NCBI GenBank assembly: GCA_019828565.1
Contig: JAHDYR010000012.1
Location: 1,731,780 to 1,795,779 of the forward strand
Direction of reading: 5' to 3'
Origin: Carpediemonas membranifera BICM
Lineage: Eukaryota > Protista > Fornicata
DNA length: 64,000 nt
Shown: positions 43,201 through 54,644 of the stretch, piece after piece
How the letters are laid out: every line of letters begins with the position of its first letter
Numbering within the stretch: the first letter of the stretch is position 1
Translations under genes and position numbers: made by a program
The notes under the pieces: generated by a model
What the model was told of the DNA's origin: nothing
The model's input: only the letters and a program-made list of their open reading frames with translations
Databases searched by the model: none

Positions 43201-46200
43201 GGAAAAGCCGGGCCAAGAAGCTGTTTGCATCACTTCCCCTCCTGAGACGGTACACAAAAGCCGCCCAACAGCCATACTGGCTATTCATTGAAGGGAACCG
43301 GCTGGACCTAGAGCAGGCGGAGACACTAAGCCGGCTTCGCCCAGGGTCCCCCAAATTTGTGTTCTACCCCAGAGTCCAGGCGGACTACTCCAAGTACGTA
43401 GCACATCCCCACCGGACGAGCCAGACGGCACCAGCTAGTGATCAACACACCCCATCACTTCTCCCCGTGGAGGAGGGCCTTGATCTCGGCCGAATCCATA
43501 ACCGGGACTTTTCGAGACCACGCCACACAATGACCTCGAACAGCTCCCAAAGCGTCCCAGACGCCTTGGATTGCGCAAACACCACCCCAAATGGGATCAA
43601 GGAGTCGTTAACGCCACTGGGCAAGCAACTGGCCACACCGGACGAATGGGACTGCATCAGAGCCTCAGCAGATGCGGCTATTCCCACAAGGGACGTTGCC
43701 ATGGTCTTCACCAGAGATGACGCAACGGACTTCACTGCCCGAACGGGAAAGGTCGCAAGGACGCTCCTCCTAGAGCTCGTGGCAACATCGCTGCAAGCTG
43801 CAGGACATTCTTCGATCTCAGGCAACGGCATCCAGACCAAGTACGGGATGGAGGCTGCAATGTGGCTCCTCCATGCCGCCGGACACGCCATCTCCGCGGG
43901 AGCTGCAGCCAGAGGGCTCCCCCTCACTAGGACGCGAAAACAAGAAGCTCTGGGCCGACCTAGGCCGGGAACTAGCCAAAGGGCAAGGCTACCACGCCCC
44001 TCACCCCCCGGAGGGAGGTTTCCGCAGACCAGACGGCACGCCCATCCAGATCTGGACCCAGGGCCCCGTCGAGGAGATCCTCATCTACAGCAGAACCGAG
44101 GGTGTGATGAGGCCAGTCTTCCCACCCCCACCCCTGGAAGAAGAGCCTTCGGCAGCAGAGGCAGACCTGAGGGAGGAGGTCAGAGACCTCATCCAACGGT
44201 GGTCAGTCCCCGGCTTCCCCGAACTCTGGTCGGCATGGGATAAGACCAGGCGTCTCTGGCCCCCACCCGCGAGGATTGCCCGCGAACTGGTGTCTGCCTC
44301 CTTTCTGACGCGCAACATCACTAACTACTGGCTCACAACGGGGCAGACCCAAGTTATAGAGCCCGTACGGGACGGGGCATCTCATGGAGCCCTGGGTACT
44401 AACGAAGAAGAAACCCCCCTGGGCCCGAGCGGCAGCAGGACTTCCGGCCCTGATGACACACCCACCACGCCAAACAAGGGCACATGCGGGCCCAGCATGG
44501 GAGCTAGCCCGCCTCGTTCCAATATCACCCAACGAGCCAACACCACCAGGCAGTTGATCGCTATGGTGGACTTTGAGGAAGGAAGAGCCAGATCCAACCA
44601 AGGATACGAGGCCATCATTTGCGAAGGGGCGGCACTGATTTTCGACCCAGCTAACGAGCAAATCCTCTACTACATGCACGGGATGCTTGGGGAAGACATC
44701 ACAGTGGATGCCCTGGACCAATGTCTGTGGGCCACGCACTACATCCATGGCTGCCCACCAGCTACGTTTGTCGACGTCACCACGGGCAAAGCCCCCAAGG
44801 GATACGAAGCAGACTTCCCCCACGCCAAGCGATGGTGCACCGAGATGGCTACAGAGCTGAAGAGACTGGAAGACGACTCGGGGCCACAGAAGACCCACGT
44901 CCACATCGTGGCTAAGGGAGTCGAGGCTGAGAGAAGCATCCTGACCAGTGAGAAGTTCGTCCCAGACGGGAACCTCCGCACCTGGCTAAGCTTACGCCTC
45001 ATGGATGAAACTGACCTCAACACGATCTTCCCCAACATCCTCGACACGCTGACCTGGTTCTACCCCCAATAGTGGGGAGAAGAGCCTCACCGGCCTCCCC
45101 TCCCGACCCCAGTCCGAACTGGGCCGGACCTGGACCAGAAGGTACCAACAGCGCCCGGAGGCAAAATTGGTGTGCCCCTATCACAAGCACGCACCCCACC
45201 ACTGCCACGGCGCCCTAGCAGATGTCTCCATATTCTACGCCAGACTAGCAACAGCGTTCTGGATGAGAGACAACCCAGGCTGGGACTGGGGGCAGGTAGA
45301 AGCCCACCTCACAGCCCTAGGAAGCATGCTCATGGGCAGGGAGTCGCCGTACCATGATGAATACAAGGACCTGGCGACCAAAGTCAACGCCAGACACGGC
45401 CTCGGCACCGTGGCGGCCGGTCGCCTAACCCCATTGTCCCAACAAGTCAACCTCTTTGGCACCAAGAACCCCAAACGGGGCCAGATTATCATGACCAACT
45501 GGGAGGAAAACGATTTCAGCTCCGGAAAGGGTATCACCAGAGCCCTGGAAGGAACAGCCGTGATCATCGGAAACCCAGAATCGCTCGCGAGAGTAGGCGA
45601 ACTAGCGCGACCCATCCTCCTGGAAATCCACTCGGAGTGGAACGGGCGCCGCCACGCTGTCCAAGACGGTTTCCCTTGGGCGAACCTGAGGGGGAGCCCA
45701 CGGAAATAGACGCGGAAAAAGATGCTTACTCTAGACGTCAGCGACACCAAAACGATGACCCTATCCCAAGCGGCGTCTTTGATGCCCGTCCACAAATTCG
45801 ACATAGCTGGAGGCCACATGGGCAGAGAAGCCAGGAAGAAGATCTTCAACTACTTCACGGAGGTCCCAGCCGACGATCGAGAACTCCTGGCCAACATGTG
45901 TGTCGACCCGGAGACAGGCTCCATCAACTTCCTCCCCTCGTTCCTCCCCCGGGACTGGGGTATCACGGATGAACCAGCAGAAAGAGGAAAGAGGCGAGTG
46001 GGCACCTTGAGGAGCGCCTCCTGGATAGGCAAACTCGCCCTGGCGGGCTCAGGCGTGGAACACCCAAAAGGGGGGAAGCCATGGGACACGCTGAACTGTG
46101 TTTTCCCGGAAGGCGCCAGCACTAACACCAAGAACAGACTGAGGACCGAGAGGAAGCAGGCGCTTCGAACAAAGGTGAGACGAAGGGCTACTGAACTCGC

Positions 46201-49200
46201 CAAGATGCTCCACAGGAGGACGGAGGTCTACCTGCCGAATGGCGGCATAGGGGGCCTATATGGCCCTCCACGCGGGCAAATTGTCACTGAACAACCGCAA
46301 AGTAGCAGGACAGAGCGAACAGAGCCCGGGCCCCCTCCAACTAAGAGCTGTGCCCCCCCCATACCCCCCAACCCATCAGCCAAGACCCGCCAGGTCAGAC
46401 AGGTGGACCAAGAGGACCTGCAGCCCAAAAAGAGCACGACAGGAGGACACCGACCTGGGCAGAGGCATAGCGGCCCTGCTGGACCAAGCCATGGCCCGGC
46501 GAGAAGCAGAGGTCAGACAACAGCTGGAAGAAGCTGCAGCCAGAACCATCAACGAGCTCAAGGCCAAAAAGCCAGGAGCTGGAGGAAGAACGGGAAGCCC
46601 GGAGAGCAGCCCAAGCTGCGTTGGACGAGATGCGGAAGGACCTCAGGAAGACAACGGAGAAGTGCTCGTCTCTAACCGAAGAGAACGAGGACTTACTCAG
46701 CCGCGCGGCCCGACTCTCGGCGACCAACGAAGCCCTCAGCTTCACCCTAGCAGCCAAGATGGATAACTTCAGGTCTGACCTGAGAAGGAAGAGAGGCGAG
46801 GAGAAGGAAGGAGAGTAGAAACAATCATAAGTAAGAGGTGCAGAGGGTAGTGTGATATAAGTCTGAGCTAAAAGTGTATATATGAACCAGCATGTATGGC
46901 CAGGCTGTGACTAGTAGGGCCTTAAAGTCCAAATGGACACCGGCGAACCATTCCGGCGGGAGCAAAAATGCAACACATTCTTTTTCAACAAACCCCTGTG
47001 CCCCACAGGGGCCGGGGGCAGGGTTACCAAAAGGTAAAAAGAGCCCTGCCTGTCCGGCAGGCTGTAACTCCAGCCTTGGGAGGGGCAACAACCACTGTCG
47101 CTCCCACCTAAGCTCGTTAGGTAATGGTCCTGCCATGCGGCGAGGAAGGAAGCTAAGCGGAGACCGGCAGCAATGCCGACAAGCATCGTGAGGCCCCGAC
47201 TGTGAAAGGGAATGGTATGCCCTAGGCCGGGAACTAAGGGAATACAGGCACAAGCCTGCCCAAAAAGGAAACGACTGCTCGGTTAGAGGCCTCAGCAACC
47301 CACCAAAAGGTACGCCCAAAAAGGGAATGTCTACAAAGAGCAGATTAGTGCGCGCAGGGTAACTCCCGCAGTTTATGTCAGAACAACCTGAATGAGAATA
47401 ATATCGCTAAACAGCGAAGGGCACCTAGCGGGCGCAAACGATTACAGCGGATCCATAGCTTTATCCATCCGCAAGAGGATAAGGACTGATGCGATCCTCC
47501 TCCAGGAAACCAAGCGGTACGGTAATACCACCATCCCTTGCTGGGTAGATCTCCAGTACGCCTGTGCAGGAGAGGTCAAGCCATTAGAGGCAACGCGCAA
47601 GCGACCCACAAAGGGACTGGCCACACTGATTAGCCCGCACTCCAAAGCGGAATGGGACGTAGGCGTGTCCGACGGGACGAACCCACGAATCCAAGTAAGC
47701 ATCCTCAAAGCATCGAGGGCCACGGCAGTCATCAATATCTACGCTCCCGATAGTGGATGTGCACGACCCGAGATTGAGGAGTTCGACCGGATGCTAGAGC
47801 AAACCGTCGCGAACTATGAGGGGTGTGACATCATCATCATCGGGGACTGGAACAGGAGGCCAGGGAAACTCAGGCAAGCAACTGCGATGACCCTCCAGCG
47901 ATGGAACCTCACCCCAATAGCACCAACTGCACCGACGTACGGGACTAACTCCCGAACGTCCACAATAGACTATGCAGCGGTAACAGGGGGTATCCAAAAC
48001 CCGGTTGTTAGGGTAATAGACAAGACCACAATCGGGCACTGGGGGTCGGCACACAAAGCCATAGAGCTCACCTGGGATAGCAACCCGACAGGGAAACCAG
48101 AGATATCAAAGAGACTGGAAATCCCACGGATCGATACGTGGCTGGTCAAACCCAGGAGAACAGGGCCCAAGCTAGAAGAGTGGCCACCACTAGACAGCAA
48201 AAATACCAGTGGACGAGATGGAGACTCTCATAAGGAAATGGTTGTCCACCGGGTTTGCTACTCCAGAAGGCACCCATTCGCTGTAGAAAACCAGGAACGT
48301 ATCCCTAGTGAGGTATGGGAACGGCTGGCCAAAGCCTCCACCTGGAGCAAAAACCGCCGCCAAAGATATCAAAAAGTCCCACAACGGAGCACTGAGCAGA
48401 TCATGGAGGACCTTCCAACATGACTGGAATGAGCAGGTTGAGGTTGGATCCCGTGATGGGTACAAAACGACAAAAAGGATCCTCGCAAACCAAGTGTTCC
48501 GCTTCTGGAACGAGAAGCAGCACGCCGGTCTCCCGGTGATGCTGAAGGCTGGAAACAAGATTCTAGCAAGGCAGAGGGAGATTGCAGACTCCCTCCAGGA
48601 GCAGTACGCGAAGGTAAGCTCCGGGAAGGAACCCACCTGGGAACCCACCTGGGAAACCGAGCCGGAAACGGACATGGAGGACCATCCGCCATCGCTTGAA
48701 GAAGTGACAGCGGCGGTCAAGTCCATAAGGAAGTCCTCGGCCGGAGGCCCGGACGGGATTATTGGAGATTGTCTGAGGGACCTCCCCGAGTCAGCGTACG
48801 AGGCAATCACAGTCCTGCTCGCGAAAGTATACGACAGCGGGACCATGCCAACCACATGGAAGTATGCAGCGGTGTCGCCTATCCACAAGGTTGGGAAGGA
48901 CAAGCTCACGCCCAGCTCGTACAGACCGATCCCCCTCACCCCCCCTCCTATACAGAGCCTACGGGAGGATACTGAAATGGCGCCTCAGGCCGACGGTGGA
49001 GAAGTTCATCCCCAGAGAGCAAGTTGGGTTCATGAAAGGGAAAACTGTAGTGGATCACATAGCCCTCCTAGCCCAACTCCACCAGTCCGGAAACCGTACC
49101 AGCGTCCTACTTGACATAGCAAAAGCATATGATACGGTCCCAAGGGACCTGCTGGTGAACAAGTTGACGCTCATGGGGGTACACCCAAGACTGACGAGGG

Positions 49201-52200
49201 CCATCCGAAATACACTTACAGAAACGTACATCTCGGTACGAGGGGCAAGCACATGGTCCAGAACAAACATGGGGGTCAAGCAAGGATGTGTGGTGGCCCC
49301 CACTCTGTTCATTCTCTTCACAGCTAACTGGCTAAGCCAGGCGGCACTGTACCTCCGGCATAGAGAGATCCCGGACCCCTGCCTCCCTCCAACGGACGAT
49401 AGGCCCAAAAACTGCCTCATTGCAATGTTTGTAGATGATACAAGCATCTCAGCCGAGACCCCGCAGCTCGCCGAAGAAGGCACAGACGCAGTGGTCAGGG
49501 TAATTGAAGCCCATGGACTCCAGACCAGCCCAGGCAAAAGTGTGGTGATAAGTACCGACGTAACTGCAGCGGTCAGCATCCAAGGAACTCCCACACTGGC
49601 GTCAGACTCAGCAAGGTATCTGGGACTCTGGCTAGCCAGCGGGAAGAATCCGTTGGCAGCATGCATCAAAAATGAAGACGTCACAATCCCGGAAATACCT
49701 AGCCCTGGCAGGAGAGCAGGGTGGACCAAAGGATCCACCCCGGCCGCCACCTCGGAATCCATCCTCAGAACCTTCCTCTGGCCCAAGATCGAGTTCGGGA
49801 TCGAGATCTGGGGGCCAAGCGCCAGGGGAAGAGCCATCTGGAACAACTGGCGCGGCCTAATGGCAGGCACAGGACCAGGGGGAGGAGGAGCCGCCCGTGT
49901 ACTAATGGGATGGATGTGCTGGGAGGCAGATATGGGGCAGAGAGCGGTGAGGCTCTATGAGTCTGCGCACGACCCGGACCGTCCGCCCCCCTAGGGAATC
50001 TGGACTGGGCGACAGCGGAGAGAGGATCGGTCTTACATCGCCTCTACCAATGGCGACGGAGCGTCCTCCAGGGCACACAGGAGGAGATGCCCGCCAGGGA
50101 AAGAGCAAAGAGGGGAGGCTGGACCCTCACAGCAGAAGAACTACTGCACACCGGGGAGCCGAACGGCCAAAGGGGTGGCAACAGTACTAGCCCCGGAAGT
50201 CATCCTCAGCATGCAGCAAGGGAAGAGACCCAAGAAACCAGGAATGATCAAGGGTGAGATGATAACCAGACGGGAAGTCAAGAGAGTAATCATGACTGCA
50301 TCCAACACACTCCCCTCCCCCAGCAACAGTGGCAGAAGCAGAGCCATACTTGGGAGCGCGATCGGCCAGCCCCAGGCCCTCCTGAGCAGGATCAAGCGGT
50401 GTTGCCCCCTATGTACCCTGGACTCAGAAGGTGACACCATTACTCGCCTGTACACTGTCACCAGAACCGCGGCGGAAACCACCAAAAATCCTCTCAGAAT
50501 GGGCATACAACCAGCCCCTGGGAACACAAAGCCACATCATCTGCCAATGCAAGGCGGTAGAACGCCCAGAAGGATGGAATGACATCCTGGCGGAGGCGCA
50601 TCTACGCACACAGTACCACGCCCTAAGGCAAGGGCAGGAGGCGGAGTGGTACAACTCAAGGGCAATCCTGGAAATGCTCTGGCTCCTCCGCAGCGAGGAC
50701 CATACCGTCAGAGAGGGACTGCAGAACGGCAGACGTGCCCTTCTGAACCTCCGAAAAGATGGGTAAGTACACCATCCCAGAATCCTATGACCTCTGGGAC
50801 CAGGGTCAAACTGGGACCCAACCCCCCGCCTCAACCGAAGCGGAGCGCTCCTGGGATCAGCGGGGGACGCAAGCCCCACGTATCCCGGTAGCACCCAGCC
50901 GCGGAAGGGGGACTCAACCCCGAACACTAATCTCGCTAACACACAAACGCTCACCCATACTGGGAACGTAGACAACATTCAGCCGGCAGAACCGGCACAC
51001 TCTTCACACGTATAAGAAATAACCCAGAGCCATAGGGCGGGGCACGTATGCACATGTATACACGTACGTGCGAGGTATCGGGGCGCAGCAGCCAAACAGG
51101 AGGGTAACCATAAGGCAACAATACCACCTGGGCGGCACCTGGACCAAATCAGAGCTGCGCCGAACGGCCCGGCACCCAAAACTTGGAACCAGCCGGAAGC
51201 TAGGAAGAAGCCCTATAGGGAACAAATCCTTGAGGAGGGGATCCATGCCGGAACGGAAAGTGTGGAAGAGCCCGAACGCAGCCGTGAATCATATAGCTAC
51301 CCAGCGATGATCGGTGGGTTTCATAACTGGCCCAATTGCGTGGTACGGCAAACGCCAAGCCCGAAACCGCTTCGGCGGGTGCCTGAAAAATTGCAAACTG
51401 GGTCGAATGGTATGGAGAACATATCCCTGAGAGGAGCCCTGTAGGGGGAAACCGAGCAGAAGGCCCCGGTGGCGGGTGTGCAGGGCAAGGCCTTGCGGGT
51501 GCCAGGCAGAACGGGGGCCCGAAGGACCCCCAAGAGTAAGACCTGGGTTATCCCGACTTTGGGGGTATCGGGCCAGCCAGTTGATAGGTCAACATGCAAG
51601 GGACTACCCAGCCTTACCAGCTGGACCCTGACGGTGATGGTGCTAACGCCCCCAACGTAGTATCAGGCTCGCTCACGAAGGGAAGTCAACACGCTAAGGC
51701 GTTCCCGGGGACATGGGGTGGTGCAAACTGGTAATTCCCTGATTTACACAGGTGTACAGGATACGTTAAATTTCTTTCTTTCTTTCTAGCCTGACCTTCT
51801 CCACGTCCGCTGATGCATGTCCGCTCTCATCGCACCGTCAATGTGGAGTTTGGCGGAGTGTGTCGGCTGGGCCTCATTCAGTTGACCCAGTCGACGGCAG
51901 ACCAGTCCACGCCTATGGAAGGCATAGTCACCTGTCACGTGACATCGGGACACGTCAGCACATGCTCCGGCCTGCCTAATGTCGGCAATCTCCACGACGC
52001 CTGCTCACCTGAGCCACTCTTAATCAGCTAATCCTCACTGCTCCTCCCTCCACATGAAGTGGCCCCCAGTTTCCTCGCCCTTGTTTCAGCTTGGGTGATG
52101 ACTGCCGGTTAGGGCAGCGCGCGTCCCGTTTCACCCAGACGATAACTGCCCCAAATCCGGCCCGGCCGCTCGCGCCATGGCGCAGCTCACCCGCCACGCT

Positions 52201-53774
52201 TCTGCCTCATTGCCAGTCCTCGACTCGCCCTTGTCTTACCCTGGGTGACGAGGGGCCGGCCCTGCCTCTCCCATGACTGGGACAGCCAGAACACAGCAGC
52301 TGCCACGTACTCCCTTCTGACACCTCGATGCTTGTCGACTCGACTAGAACGACGCGCGTTTCACCGCCGTCAACGGTCATTCTCATCAGCCCAGTTTCCG
52401 AGTACTTATCACCTCCGATGTGCTATACGTCCTATACGTCTCAGCTGTCGCTGTCGACAACATAATTCGCTTCGAACTCACGCATGTGAATCTTATCGAA
52501 CGTCGACTGATGGCACAATACCCGCTTCCGGAGTCCGCCCCGTTCTCATTAAGGCGGGGTAGAGTGCAGCACCCATGTGCAGCCGTCACGGCAACCATGA
52601 CCGCAGCATTTCCTGCCACTGAGAATCCTCATTCCCGTGTTCCTTCGCCGATCGGCGCTTCAGTCTCATGCTAAGCCATCTCAGGTCCCGCTCGAAGATG
52701 CCGCACCTCGCACCACCACCGTTTGCCGCGTTTCCCCTGCTTGATTTGACTTGGCGCATCGCCTTGGACGAGATCTCCGTCCAGTATCCTTCGCCCTCTC
52801 GGGTCCATCAGCAGCCGGATGTCGCGCATCCTCCATTTCATATCTGCCATATCTCTTTGATCTCTCGCAGACCGCTTACAGTATACCTTGTCTCGGATAT
52901 TACACTCCCGACTTCCAGTTTCCAGTACAGGCGTTGAGCGTGGGGGCAGTGTAGTGGTCCAAGACCCATCAAAAGATTATCGTGCAGTTTATGTAAACAG
53001 TCCATTGCTCTTCTTCCCATCCTGACCTGTGGGGACTATCACACCAGGGTCGCCCAGAAGGCGCTGGGAGCTGAGATGCAGCGGCTGATCCCGAAGAGTG
53101 CCACTCGGAAGTAATCGGGCGAGAGGACGAGGATCAGCAGGCGGTTGAGGTATCCGCGAGCCGTGGTATCCGACGTGACACCGGCAGCAGCGCGAAATGC
53201 GGCCACGAGCCCGGCAGAGTAGCGCCCACTACCGGTCAGGCTGATGTCGCCACTCCGGAGGGCTGCTGAGACGATATCGCCATCAGTGAGCGTCGGGCAC
53301 AGCTTGATCTTGAGGTGGGTCACCACCCCAGCGAGAGCGAACTGGCAGTAAGCCACGAGGTTAAGAATCTGGCGAGACTTCTTAACATCGGTGACTACCG
53401 CGGCGTCGTGGAGGTGACCCTGCTCAATGGCGTCGAAGATACGCTGAAGAGGCATTTCAATCGAGTTGCTGTAGCCATTCAGGCGCCGGGAGACCTCAGC
53501 TCTGATGTCGCGGGGAAGATTCATAGATGCTGTCACGGGTCGAGTAACACGCTCTGCGGCTTGTACACGGTGCCTGGATGAGTGGTTGATTGATATTTGT
53601 TACTTACAGGTTACCGGAGGCCAAGCGCTTGCGCTGAGTACGTGTTTGAGCACGAAGAGAACGACAGACGGCGGAATGAGCGGAAACAAGAGGCTTAGTG
53701 AGTTCCTCACCAATTTCGGCGGTTTTAGCGCGAATAGTATCCAGAATTGCTTCTACGGCGGCGTTGTCCGACAT
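40235..53774 (-). CDS. B2 antisense gene (exon1 53774-53608; exon2 53573-53044 + 40560-40235), about 340 aa, disrupted by D1
   Basis: 34-nt intron 53574-53607 (GTAAGT...CCAG); 167+530+326=1023 nt in frame after removing D1; shares PL.xIFD, L.PDY, QVSDP, QY.GY and acidic tail with B1 copy. Confidence 0.8.
42055..42786 (-). CDS. Possible antisense ORF in LINE 5' region (about 243 aa from ATG)
   Basis: Open 305 codons; C-terminal half reads as amphipathic helices; no recognisable family. Confidence 0.3.
   Translation of the reverse strand: MSGENPKGNLIAGTGSIAPHGAAVPYSPCVRSISPSTFTPPPGHSAGASAAQRSPEGEVHYQGLCTPIPIESLARVRPGLRFRGRRLFPGKQGPLRTPTGDPIFPSGPQGSPLPCGGRGFTAPSRESPTPGPATPRGWEAHFLRTIADDFAQVDVLASRWRERAAAFSYLAQNYRDEDLSPHESKSARGFDAELRGQMRVYKRLRARIDARLHQLVAIHAARPVSCGRSPVVSFLGRVTPKRL
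42978..46818 (+). CDS. LINE ORF1 region (frameshifted): DEDDh-like nuclease domain, helicase-like remnants, C-terminal coiled coil
   Basis: ORFs 42966..44243, 43873..45072, 45167..45709, 45722..46675, 46260..46766, 46621..46818 tile the + strand; VDFEEG...ICEG...YIHG...AKGVEAE...CPYH...HGALAD. Confidence 0.6.
47392..50766 (+). CDS. LINE ORF2: APE endonuclease + reverse transcriptase + C-terminal Cys/His motif (several frameshifts)
   Basis: MRIISLN, LLQET, NIYAP, IIGDWN, TIDY, SAH (APE); SAGGPDG, YRPI, LDIAKAYD, GVKQG, FVDD, YLG (RT); CPLC...HIICQC. Confidence 0.93.
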
Positions 53775-53965
53775 CAACTGAGTTGACGGCGACATATTCT
53801 GCACTTTTGGAACAATCGGTTTCAGGACGAAACCTAGAGCAGTAATAGGACGCCAAATCAAGCTAATTCATCTATTTACTAAGCGCTGTAGCCTATTAGC
53901 TCCATCGGAAGCCGATTGATGTTGTTAATGAAGTACGAGCGCGCCAGGAAAAATGAAAGGCCCAA

Positions 53966-53980
53966 AACTCGCCAACGAAG
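53966..53980 (+). promoter_or_regulatory. Conserved motif AACTCGCCAACGAAG upstream of B2 antisense gene
   Basis: Identical to first 15 nt of 8158-8180. Confidence 0.6.
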
Positions 53981-54532
53981 GCCTTTTGGAGCCTCTTAAT
54001 GCCTTTTTCGGCGTCTGCGTAAGTTTCAGCGCAAATGGTACAGTACTTCTTCTTATTCTTCTAGACGCCGAGATCAACCCTCGAATTACTTAGAAGCATG
54101 CGTAACACGTAATATTTTTCGAGACACGGCCATATGAGGCCGTGGAGGGGCAGGGATAAGCCTCTATGAATACGGGCGAACCCTAGCCGTCCGTTTGACT
54201 GTCATTGACGTCGGTAAGTTCGGACCCTATATGCGGTTCATGAGGGCGGCGAAGCCCTGGTAAGACCATCTTAACACGTAACATAGCAATTGCTTACACA
54301 GTGGATCCACGTTATCATATACAGCTGTCGGGTTTTATTCCCATGTCACCGTTGGTGATACCATAATTCCGTATCGGAAGACCGCGGGTCGGGCGTTGCC
54401 CACTCCACTGCCAATGGAGTAGACCGTTGCATAGCTTGGGTGGCACCAAACTATAACACGGATGACCCTAGGCCAACCTAACCCCCGTAACTCGTTGAGT
54501 GTCATGCCTATTACCCAGGCATGGAGGGGCAG

Positions 54533-54644
54533 TGTGGTGGTCATAGACCACACTAATCATTTATACAGTTTAAGCCATTTATTGGCACAAGGGTTTTCTC
54601 TTCTTCTTTCCCTGTAAAAGCATTCTCCGCATTAGCGAGGCACA
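54533..54644 (+). repeat. 3' LTR of B2 (112 bp)
   Basis: Matches 36132-36243; preceded by PPT. Confidence 0.96.

Larger units (their letters stand above)
41032..51786 (+). mobile_element. Apparently full-length 10.7-kb non-LTR retrotransposon (APE-RT LINE)
   Basis: 16-bp TSD TAGCCTGACCTTCTCC (41016-41031 / 51787-51802); (TTTC)n tail; ORF1 region, ORF2, about 1 kb 3' UTR. Confidence 0.93.
40566..53043 (+). mobile_element. Non-autonomous/deleted LTR element D1 nested in B2 antisense gene
   Basis: 5-bp TSD CCAGG (40561-40565 / 53044-53048); 94-bp 3' LTR 52950-53043 after PPT GGGGGCAG; 5' LTR 40566-40626 matches only its first 61 bp; about 1.5 kb interior with no recognisable gag/pol. Confidence 0.85.
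36132..54644 (+). mobile_element. Ty3/Gypsy LTR retrotransposon B2 (carries nested D1 and LINE)
   Basis: 112-bp LTRs 36132-36243 and 54533-54644 (one mismatch); TSD AGTG (36128-36131 / 54645-54648); PPT GGAGGGGCAG. Confidence 0.96.
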
